Source: Octopus sinensis (lineage: Eukaryota). From it: 64,000 bases of DNA. Position 1 is the first letter of the stretch. Each line of letters starts with the position of its first letter. The DNA lies in assembly GCF_006345805.1 (NCBI RefSeq), contig NC_042999.1, positions 35,526,001 through 35,590,000 on the forward strand, in the 5' to 3' direction. Below, piece after piece: positions 37,601 through 49,800 of the stretch. The notes under the pieces were generated by a model. The model made no database searches and had not been told where the DNA came from. It saw only the letters and a list, made by a program, of their open reading frames with translations. A program made the position numbers and the translations under genes.

Positions 37601-40600
37601 GGCTGAGCGCTCCACAAACATGCACACCCTTAATGTAGTTCTCAGAGAGATTCAGCATGACACAGAATGTGACAAGGCTGGCCCTTTGAAATACAGGTAC
37701 TACTCATTTTTGCCAGCTGAGTGGAGAGGAGAAACCTGAAATAAAGTGTCTTGTTCAAGGACACAATGCATCAGTAGGAATTGAACACATGACCTTATGA
37801 TCGTAAGCTGAATACCCTAACCACTAAGCCACATGTCTTCACAACACTATACACAACATGAGTAATGGTAACAATTATTTATTCCTGGTACTGCACTTTA
37901 TACTTTATATTAATATAAAGAAATCCATGGAATGGTGGATTGGCAGAATCATTAGAGTGTTGGACAAAATGCTTTGCAGTAATTGCTATTCTTCTTTGAA
38001 TTCTGAGTTCAAATCCTACCATGGTCAACTCCTCCTTTCAACATTTCAAGGTTTAATGAAATAAACACCAAATAAATACTGCTCCCTCTCACCTAAATTT
38101 CTGACCTTGTATTTTATGTAGTGAAGATAATATAAAGAAATTCAGACATCTTTAGAATTCCCAACTGAAACCAAGTAAACAGGTAGCTTCATGCTATCAC
38201 TTATTTCTTGTAATCTTGAAAAGATTCTTATTTCTAATTAATCTTTTCTTTTCTAACCATGACCACCTGTCTTCTCTTGCGACTAAATCAAGCCAGAAAC
38301 AATATTAACAAGTATGACAAAGAGCAGAGTTGAAGAGAAGTGAACTTACTGGAGTTTTGTCAATTAAAGTTTGTCTGTTTACTGCTTGACTATATTTATT
38401 GGTTCCTTCCATTGGCTCCTCATCTGAACCTATATAGAAATAACATTAAGAGAAATTAATAGTGACAGAAGCAGTTTTAATAGGAAAAGGCAATCTTTAT
38501 CCCCAACTTAATGCGGAGGATGAATTAGAAAAAAAAAACAGATTACTGTGTTATTTACATTGAGAAGATCTCTCATTTGGAATGTGGCACATAAAAACAC
38601 TTATTTATATCGCTGAAAGACAAGAACCATCTGTTACGGCTGCCAGAACTCTCAGATTATGTGATTTCACCCTGCTATGAGCTCTTCAGTGAGAGATATC
38701 CAGCAGTGACTTAGCAATCAAATCTCCCATCAATGATATGTAGAATATCAGGGTTTATTCAGGTGCTGGTGTTGTAAATAACCAGTGGAATTATTAAAAG
38801 GTAATTAATAGTGACAGAAGCAGTATTAAATACCAAAAGGTAATATTTATCTCCAACTTAATGTGAAGGTTGTTTTACAACAAAGAATACTGTGTTATTT
38901 ACCACAAGAGGATCTCTCATGAGGGGTTGTTGTGCATAAAAGCGATTAATAACATAAAAAGAATTAAAAGTGACAGAAAAAATATTAATACTAAAAAGCA
39001 AGTGCTTTAAGCACCATGAGTCCATATAAAAGATCCTCTCAACATAAACAATGTGACTGTGTGGTGGTGGTGGTGGTGGTGGTGGAATAGTGTAGTAGTC
39101 AGAGTAACAAAAGCAAAGAAACAGGAAGGATTGGAAGAATGGGGTTAGTAAAGAAATATACCAGGTGGCTAAAAGAAGAAAAACTTGGTGACAGGTATAT
39201 TTAGAAAAGGAAGAGGTGAGGTTAGATAAGTCTCTGATCCAAGAGGTGAAGGATAGAAAGTCTACAGACAGACAATTTAGTTAGAAGATTGCGAATTAAG
39301 ATAGTGAATTAACATATTCAAAAAAACAAATATTTTAATCAAATTCAACTCATACATTTAGGGTTGGAAATTTCTAAACTACTAAAGTACTTACTTGCAG
39401 GGCTGTCTATAGGAGAATGAAATTCATCAGTTGTAGAAATAGCATCAGGATTCTCAGGATTATTGCCTCGCAGTAAAGGAGTTCGTTCAGATACAGCGGG
39501 AATAAGAGTTCCTAAAGAAGAAAAATAAATAAGTAAATAAATAACAAATGAAACATTAAAAAACAGGAAATGAAGATTATATAATTTAGGAAGATTAAAT
39601 TATTTATTATGTGTAAACAAGCAGAATCTACATGTGATATCATAATTTTTACTATATCTGCCAGGCCAAAATAAGCCACCGTTATTACATATACAGGATG
39701 TTCAAAAAGTCTCTCCACAGTAGATGCTTTATTGCAAAATAAATACTTGTAAGATGGTATAAGACTACAAACAAATATATTAGACTTTACAAGACTTAAA
39801 AAAACTTTATAAGAGGTGTTGAAAGTGTCATTCTTCATTTTCAATACATAAAATTTAATTTCTTTTTTACTGCCATGTGAAAACTTCCTTGGCTGATTTC
39901 CTGTAGCAATTTGCGTATGGGCTTTGAAGGGGTTACCAACAATTTATCAGAAATATTGGAGAGTGTTTTGTCTGGTAAAACAGTAGGCCTACCACTTCTT
40001 GCTGTGTCTTCCACTGAGCCTGTGTTTCTAAATCTTCTTATCAAATCCAGCACAGTGTCACGGTGTGGAATAACAGTATTTGGGAAAGTTTCACTGAACT
40101 TCTGTTTCACAGTATCTGTGTATTTGTTTCCAGCTCGAAACACCCATTCAACTGAAAACATAAGTTCTTCAATGGTTAGTGTATTGACATGCTGAAGGGT
40201 CCACAATGACTGAGGGACGATGGCTGACACTTGACCACCCTCGCAGTGATAGCCAAGTTGTGTATGCACAGGATGAAAAAACTTCACTGCAGAGAGACTT
40301 TTTGAACACCCTGCATATATACATATATATATACATATATATATATATTATATATATATATATGTATATATATATGTATATATATATATATCATCATCAT
40401 CATCATCATCGTTTAACGTCCGCTTTCCATGCTAGCATGGGTTGGACGGTTCAACTGGGGTCTGGCAAGCCCGAAGGCTACACCAGGCCAGTCAGATCTG
40501 GCAGTGTTACTACAGCTGGATGCCCTTCCTAACGCCAACCACTCCGAGAGTGTAGTGGGTGATTTTATGTGCCACCGACACAGGTGCTAGACGAGGCTGG

Positions 40601-43262
40601 CAGACGGCCACGCTCGGATGGTGTTTTTATGTGCCACCGACACAGGTGCCAGACGAGGCTGGCAGACGGCCACGCTCGGATGGAGTTTTTTATGTGCCAC
40701 CAACACAGGTGCCAGACGAGGCTGGCAGACGGCCATGCTCGGATATGGTGTTTTTCTTATGTGCCACCGACACAGGTGCCAGACGAGGCTGGTGAACGGC
40801 TACGATCGGATGGTGTTTGTTACGTGCCCACGGCACGGAGGCCAGTCGATGCGGTACTGGCTACGGTCCCGTTCGGATGGTTTTCTTATGTGCCACCGGC
40901 ACTGGTACCACAAGGATACAAATTCCATTGATGTTCATCTATTTTGATTTGGTTTGACTTGATTCGATTTGACTTTGATTTGATTTGCCTCAACAGGTCT
41001 TCACAAGTGTCACAAGCAGGAAGGTATGCACAGGTGGACTGACTACGTCCCAGGTAGGGGCCACGGGTTATGGCTTCACTAGTCTTGCCGGGTCTTCTCA
41101 CGCACAGCATACTTCCATAGGTCTCGGTCTCTAGTCATTTCCATGGTGAGACCTAACGTTCGAAGGTCGTGCTTCACCACCTCGTCCCAGGTTTTCCTGG
41201 GTCTACCTCTTCCACGGGTTCCCTCAACTGCTAGGGATTGGCACTTTCTCACACACCTATCTTCATCCATTCTCGCCACATGACCATACCAGTGCAATCG
41301 TCTCTCTTGCACGCAACGAATGATGCTTCTTAGGTACAACATTTCTCTCAGGGAACTAACGCTCTGTCGAGTAAGTACACTGACATTACACATCCATCGG
41401 AGCATACTGGCTTCATTCCTCATGAGCTTACGCATGTCCTCAGCAGTCACGGCCCATGTTTCACTGCCATGTAGCATGGCAGTTCGAACACATGCATCAT
41501 ACAGTCTGCCCTTTACTCTGAGCGAGAGGCCTTTAGTCACCAGCAGAGGTAAGAGCTCCCTAAACTTTGCCCAGGCTATTCTTATTCTAGCAGTTACACT
41601 CTCAGCGCACCCACCCCCACTACTGACTTGGTCACCTAGATAACGGAAGCTATCAACTACTTCTAATTTTTCCCCCTGGAAAGTGACGAAAGTTGTTTTC
41701 TGCAGATTTTCGGAGGTCAATGCTCCCGAGCATCTGCCACATATAAAAACTATCTTCCCAGTTAGCCTACCTTTGACATTGCTGCACCTCTTATGTGTCC
41801 ATAGCTTACACTGGGTACATCTTATAGAGTTTCTACCTACACCTTTTCTACAGATCGAGCAGGGCCATCTTCCTGAGGACATTTGTGGATTGCCTACCTT
41901 ACTACTTATTAGTACTTTGGTTTTAGCTAGGTTGACTCTAAGGCCCCTCGATTCTAAACCCTCCTTCCACACCTGGAACTTCTCCTCCAGTTCTGATAGT
42001 GACTCAGCAATTAGAGCGAGGTCGTCAGCATAGAGGAGCTCCCAGGGGCAACCTGTCTTGAATTCCTCTGTTATTGCCTGGACGACTATGATAAATAGGA
42101 GGGGGATGAGTACTGAACCCTGGTGGACCCCAACCTCTACTTTGAATTCTTCTGTGTACATGTTGCCAACCCTAACCTTGCTTACGGCATCTCTGTACAT
42201 GGCTTGCACAGCCCTCACCAGCCATTCATCTATCCCTAGTTTCCTCAGTGACCACCAGATGAGGGATCGGGGGACCCTATCAAAGGCTTTCTCCATGTCA
42301 ACGAAAGCCAGGTACAGGGGCTTATCTTTGGCTAGGTATTTCTCCTGCAGCTGCCTTACCAGGAATATAGCATCAGTGGTGCTTTTCCCTGGCACAAACC
42401 CAAACTGCATCTCATCTAAACTAACTCTCTCTCTAATTTGTTGGGCTATGACCCTCTCCGTAACCTTCATTACCTGATCCAACAGCTTGAAACCTCTGTA
42501 ATTATTTGTATCTAGGGCATCACCTTTACCTTTGTAGCAGTTGACTAGTACGCTGCTACACCAGTCATTGGGTATGACTCCTTCGTGTATCACCTGGTTG
42601 ACTATACGGGTGACTAGGTTATAGCCGACACTGCCAGATATTTTGAGCATCTCTGCAGTAATTCCTGATGGGCCTGGGGCTTTCCCTGTCTTCATGCTTC
42701 TAATTGCCTTAGCTACCACGGAACTATCAACTCGGATAGCTGGTCCCTCTGTTGGGTCAACATTCGGCAGACTCTCTTTATCCCATTCATTTTCTTTATT
42801 CAGCAACCTTTCATAGTGGCATCTCCAAACCTCTCTCTTTGCATCCTCATTTAGCGCAAGTGAACCATCATCCATGCGAACACACTTCTCTCCTACCACA
42901 TCACGATTCTCTCTCACACACTGTCTTGCAACACGAAATACCTCAAGTCTTTCATCCTCACGGCGCAGAACATTGGCAAATTTTTTCTATATATATATAT
43001 ATATATACATACATACATACACACACATACATATAAAGGTGACTTATTCACAATTTACAGCCAAATGGTAGAGCTACAGATGTCACAAAAATGACTAAGA
43101 GTACTAGTAAGCATCAGCATTGCTAGAAATAAGAGTCAAAATAACTCTTAGCCACAATAAAGCACTTATCTTATGACTGACAAGGGAGGCAGTGCTGGTG
43201 TTTACTAGTACCCTTAGTTACTTTAGTGATGTCTATAGTGTGTATGTGTGTGTGTGTGTTTG

Positions 43263-43307
<45 letters not shown>

Positions 43308-43375
43308 AACCCATACCATCATGGAAGGCAGACATTAAACAATGATGATTTATATATACATGATGATGATGATGA

Positions 43376-43423
<48 letters not shown>

Positions 43424-44071
43424 CTATAATTAAGGGCATAGAAAACATTCCTAGCGTATATGCTGAAAGTAGACACTAAATCGTCTCACCACTTTAAAAA
43501 TCACAAAATTACACACATGTTGAAATCAAGGGAGCAAGCAAGCCCTTGACAATATTGAATTTATTTCCTGTATGTATGCTTTGCAGACTGGGAAAAGCTA
43601 TTGAGCAAATCCAGGGCTATCTATATTGTTATTAATTGCCGTGGGCTTGCTCCCTCGATTTCAACATGTGTGTAATTTTGTGATTTTTAAAGAGGTGAGA
43701 TGATTTCGTGTCTACTTTCAGCATATAGGCTAGAAATTTTTTCTATGCCCTTAATTATAATTATATATACAACTTCACCTTAATTGGTCTATTTTTTATA
43801 TGCTGGCGACTGATAAAATTTTAAAGAAAATTTTTATCCTTTATTATAATAATTGAAATATATATATATATATATATATATATACAAGACTGGCCTCATC
43901 CAGCTTCTGTCTACCAAATCCACTCACAAGGGCTATAGTAGAAGACATTTTCCCAAGGTACCATGTAGGGGGACTAAACCCAAAACCATGTGGTTGGGAA
44001 GCAAGCTTCTTCTCACACAGCCATGCTTGCACCTATTCATATCATCATCATTGATTTTATATGTGCGTGTA

Positions 44072-44150
<79 letters not shown>

Positions 44151-44169
44151 TATATGCATGTGTATATAT

Positions 44170-44213
<44 letters not shown>

Positions 44214-44224
44214 TATATATATGC

Positions 44225-44271
<47 letters not shown>

Positions 44272-45238
44272 ACAGAAAATGCAAAAAGAAGTATACTTAC
44301 TAAGTAAATATCTTTTCTCTTGTGGCAGAACTTTGAAATCTAAGAACCATGTTTCAATCCAACAGATAACAAAGGAAACCAGAAGTAAGGCATACGTCAG
44401 GGAGTTTGAAGCATAATTAAACTGTTAATAGAGAAAGACATGGAAGGTGAGTAGTAGTACCAGATATTAAAGTATGTGGGAACAGAATATATATATATAT
44501 ATATTTATATTATATTGAGGGTACTACTATTCATAGATACCGCACGCTAAGAGGGACCAATGCGGTCAAAACTACTAAAATAAACAAAATTTTACCGAAT
44601 GCAAAACTTCAAAGCCAGTCATTTAAAAAAAGAATTTAGTTACATATCACCTGTGATTTCACAATTAATGCAGAATATGCATTCTATGTTCATCAGTGCA
44701 ACAAAGTGGAAAAATTTATGGATTTTTTCTCTTACGAGGTTTTTCATGCTAACTACAGCTTTTTGGTGCGTTCAAAAATCACATAACCCCCACCTCCAAT
44801 TTTCCATGACAGGTTAGGGCCTGAAATATTCCTAACAAACGCATAGCATGTTGCTTAGTCGAAATAGCCCAGCATTTACTCTACAAATGTTTTGTTGTCA
44901 ATGCTGCACATTCCCATATCACCTGTTTCAACATAACTGTAATATATTATATACAAACTATGACATTTTAATCCCGAGCAATGCCAGGTATCTCTGCTAG
45001 TATATATATACGTTTTATTTATTATTTTGCACATTACTTAATCATCGTTATATGTTTTATCTTATATTTAATCTTTCTATAATATGTAATAATTTAGTTT
45101 TTCATTATTGAATTGATAAAAGGTGGGGGTTTTTTCTAATATATATATATATATATAAATATTATATTTTGTGTAATTTGATTTAGTATTTCTAAATTGA
45201 ATTTTCCCTGTAAGTTTGGAATAATATTCCCTCATATT

Positions 45239-45270
<32 letters not shown>

Positions 45271-45386
45271 TATTATATTTTGTGTAATTTGATTTAGTAT
45301 TTATAAATTGAATTTTCCCTGTAAGTTTGGAATAATATTCCCTCATATTATATTATTATTATTATTATTATATAATATATATATAT

Positions 45387-45418
<32 letters not shown>

Positions 45419-46779
45419 ATATCAGTTTATTAGACACTTGTTTAATAGAATAACTCTCCCCCTCTTTTGCTCTTTCTCTGAAGAAAGGCTTTGTATGAAA
45501 CATAACAACTTGTGTTCTCATCACGTACAACACATACAAACTTGTTTAAATTTGTGAACTTTGATAGTTTTTGCTGACATAGAGTATTATTAGTCTCGTT
45601 GAACTTTTTATGTAGATTACGTAGATAAGAGAATGATCTTTAATCAGTGATGTATATAAAGATACTAAACTCTGTATAAAAAGCACAAAGTAAGGTGTGT
45701 TAGGTTATCCTGAAGAGAAGAAATATTCAACACTAAATGCAGAAAATTCATTCTAGAGAGTATGAGAAGACAATCTCTACAAGTATAAGCAGGTAGCCTA
45801 ATCTTGGTCAGCAATCAATAGAAAATGAATTGGAAGTCTAAGATATACACTAGAATGGAAGGAAATGAAGTAGAAACTAATGTTTAAGATAGAGGCCATC
45901 TGTTGATAAGGCAAGTGTGGATGTAGTGAAAAGGAGGAGTGAGAAGAGAGTGGGAGGAAAGTGGGTAATGGTGGGGATAAAGGATCTGCAAAAGAAAAGG
46001 AAAAAAGTAACAGATACAGAAGTCAGTAGACTAAATGCAAAAGTTATCAGTCAAAGTTGATTGACAGGAGTGTACTAGAGAAAAAGAAAGACGACAAAGG
46101 TCTATAAAAGTGCCTTGATAGTAAGAATGATTGTAGAGAGAGGCGACAAATACTAGGGAGAGGTGAACTGGGTATAGGAAAGTCCTAACTGAAACCAAGT
46201 GAAGTACAAGTATTGACTTTTTTTATGTCTAAAATTAAAACATCCATGATTTAGAGTGATATACAAAACTGAAATGTGAAGGGAGATGTAGAAAGTTGAA
46301 ATGCCAAGCATATCTATCTACCAAATCCACTCATAAGGCTCTAGTTACACTGGAGCTAAGTGGAAGAAAATTGCACCAGGTGCAATGGACTGCTACTGGA
46401 ACTGTGTGGTTGGGAAGCAAACCTCTTAACCACACAACGATGCCTGCAAATGTGCATGCATGCACACACACATTAGGTTAGAGCGGAAGTTCTGTCACAT
46501 TTCTTAACATGATCACTTTAAAGGTAACTTTTCAACACTTACAGTACAATAAGTATTTTTACTCTTTACTCTGTTACTCTTTTTCTTGTTTCAGTCATTT
46601 GACTGTGGCCATGCTGGAGCACCGCCTTTAATCGAGCAAATCGACCCCGGGACTTATTCTTTTGTAAGCCCAGTACTTATTCTATCGGTCTCTTTTGCCG
46701 AACTGCTAAGTAACGGGGACATAAACACACCAGCATCGGTTGTCAAGCAATGCTAGGGGGACAAACACAGACACACAAA

Positions 46780-46821
<42 letters not shown>

Positions 46822-49800
46822 TATGACGGGCTTCTTTCAGTTTCCGTCTACCAAATCCACTCACAAGGCTTTGGTCGGCCCGAGGCTATAGTAGAAGACA
46901 CTTGCCCAAGGTTCCACGCAGTGGGACTGAACCCGGAACCATGTGGTTGGTAAACAAGCTACTTACCACACAGCCACTCCTGTGCCTTTACTTTCTAATG
47001 TTTTTTTTTTCTTGACAGATTACTTTATGTCATAATGACTAAATTTACATCAATTTCACCTTTTTAAAATGTGTTTGGATTCACCTATACCAGACACAGC
47101 ATGCAGTATGAATTCACTAATAGAAGTGGCAAGAAATATTTGTTCTATCTATGGAAATGATGCTTCCAGTGTCCAGACACGCCAACAATGGTTTGGCCAG
47201 TTTTGCTTGAGAAATTCTTCTCTTGCAGACAATTACAATGTCCAAATTCTAATAATACTGTGCTTTTGAAAATCTTAGTTGAGGAAAATCCAAAGCAAAC
47301 TGCACAAGTGCCTTATCATCTGATCATCTGACTGCCTAGCTTAATCAGGGACCTCTGCTGGTCATGGAAGAGTAGGCTTGCTATCAGACTTTTCCCAGGT
47401 AGAATCATTGCAAATGATGATAATTGGATTTTATGTAATCATATCCATCAAAAACAATAATGGATAACAACCAATGAAAAAGGTGAGTCCATCCCCAAAC
47501 CAAAATTAACCCTGAGATACAAAATCCTGTTTCTGTGTTTGATAGGATATGAAGAATGTTGTCCTTTATGAAGTGTAAAACCAAACTGAAATTTTTAATG
47601 TGGAGAAATATTTTTGTCAACTGGAAGCAATGCACAAACAATGCAAGTAAAGTACACATCGTTAGTCAATTGTAATGGGGATGTTGCTTTTACACAATAA
47701 GGCAAGACCATATATTGATTAGGTCACTCAGGGAAAAATCAAGGGCTGAATAAGGAAGCTTTTACCTAAGCCTCCTTACTCTCTTGGCCTTGCTCCATCT
47801 GACTATCATCTCTTCAGATCATTGCAATGTTATTTATAGTTTCTTTGTTTTGAAACCTGAGGAAATTTATGCCCAGGGAAATCAACAATTTGTCAGATAG
47901 ATGTCATTATGTAATCAATCTCTCTCTCTCTCCCTCTCTCTCTTTCGGAGAGGCACTGAGCAGCTATACGCACACATACACACACGGCAGTAACTTCCAG
48001 CTACCGAATTCAATCACAAAGCTCCGGTCGGCTCGGGGCTATAGCGGAAGACACCTACCCAAAGTGCCACGCAGTGGGACTGAACCCGAAACCATGTACT
48101 TAGGAAGCAAGCTCCCTAACCACACAGCCATGCCCGTGCCTACAGAATAATGAAGGGAAATAGTATCTTGATTAAATAAATCAACATCATTTGTTTCTTA
48201 CCCATCTTGAAATGTGAGAAGACTTTCTTTCCAACCTAGTGTGTGTGTGTGTATTTACTATAAATTGGTAGAAGTTACAGATTGATTCAAGAGCTGACAG
48301 TTTTGTGCAATGACACTGATCAGTTTCTGTCTAACAAATTCACTCACATCCATGCCATGGGGCTGAAGCTCAAACCATTTGGTTGTGAACTGAATTTCTT
48401 AACCACAGAGTCATGCCAGTATATCATATCAAAAATTAACACTGCCAGCACATCAGTCCTCAGCACTTATAATAATTGTATATTTGTGTCATCAAAAAAG
48501 TAATTCATCACAAATGATGCAATCCATGCTGATGTAGCACTGTTAATGTAGCGCAGTCAGTTTGAGGAAAAAATGAAAACTACATGTCATGCAAGGTTGA
48601 AACATGACGTGGTAAGAGAAGTCCATTAGGATTTGGAGTCACCCTGGTTGTTGCTTCAGATGTTTGGGAAATATTTGTGAATTGGTAGTCCTAAGAGTAG
48701 TGAATGAATTGGCTTTACCAAGGTGATTATCTTTGCCTTTTGTCCTTTCCTTCCTAAGTTAAAAGATAAAGTACATGTCTAGAGCAGTGGTCAGCATAAA
48801 CATTAGAGCATTGGATAATAGGATGTCTTATAGTACATGTCCTATTTCTTTGCAGTTTGAGTTCAATCCTGTCAACTTGTGTAGTAAACATAATCCATTG
48901 CCCACTTGGACCCTGCTTCTTGGGTACCTTTAGCAGAGTTCACTCTGCTGCAAGTATTTGAGTGAGTTTGGTCTCTGGTTTGAGAATACCATCTTCCTTC
49001 CACCCACCAGCTGCAAGGGCTGCGTTGAGGGTCGTGATGGGTATGGTCCTTTCTTTTGACTCAGCAAGAGCAAAAAAAAAGAAGTAGAAGGAGGAGGAAA
49101 AAAGGAAGAAAGAAACAAAGGTGTAGCACACTAATAAATCTAGCATTAAGTTATACTTACATCAAACACCAGACATTTTGCAATAAGAAATGTACACGTC
49201 AGAAAAGTTGCAATCTGAAAAAGGAAGATATATTACAGTTTATTTTATAAAACTGATAAGAACCAACACTGTGTGTAAGATGTAACTATGGACTGTAATG
49301 TTATGGGCAGTAAGGTGCAACTTAGGTGTGAGAGGCTAATGTAGCAAGATATAAGGGATGCCTGTGTGGACTGATATGACATAACGTAAGAGGTCTGTAG
49401 AGATTGATGTAACATGTAGTGACATGTAGCAGTTAATTAATGATCTCACTGGGAATAAAATACAACTCTGTTAATTTGTGAATTGTATAGAGATTTAGTA
49501 CAAGATGCACACACAGGGCTTAATGTAGCACATACAATTGTGTTAGCATGTGAATTGTATATATGACGGTTTAATATAAGGTGTAACAGATATGGCTTGA
49601 TGTGTGCAACACAGAGTATGTCGTATGAAGTGACATTAGATGTAAAATTTAATTGTGTAGTGTGGGTCATTAGTGGATTCAACATTTACTCTAATTCCTT
49701 GCATTCTGAGATTAAATCACACTAAGATCAACATTGTCTTTCATCCTTCCAGAATTGGTAAAATAAATACTGGTCAACAGTGGCGGGCTGACAGAATCAT

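Noticed and set aside
40560-40900. CRISPR-like repeat array
   Set aside because: The units are contiguous tandem modules without unique spacers, inside a eukaryotic LINE 3' UTR, with no cas genes.
41320-42477. Plus-strand ORFs of 107-139 aa overlapping the RTE
   Set aside because: They are antisense shadows of the RT reading frame, also seen in the 16-kb copy.
43171-44284. Several [10 protein letters not shown] ORFs in the ORF track
   Set aside because: These are translations of (TA)n and (CA)n microsatellites.
48940-49146. Short minus-strand ORF next to a STARD3 exon, considered as an extra exon
   Set aside because: It is not needed for the frame and has no similarity to MENTAL or START domains.
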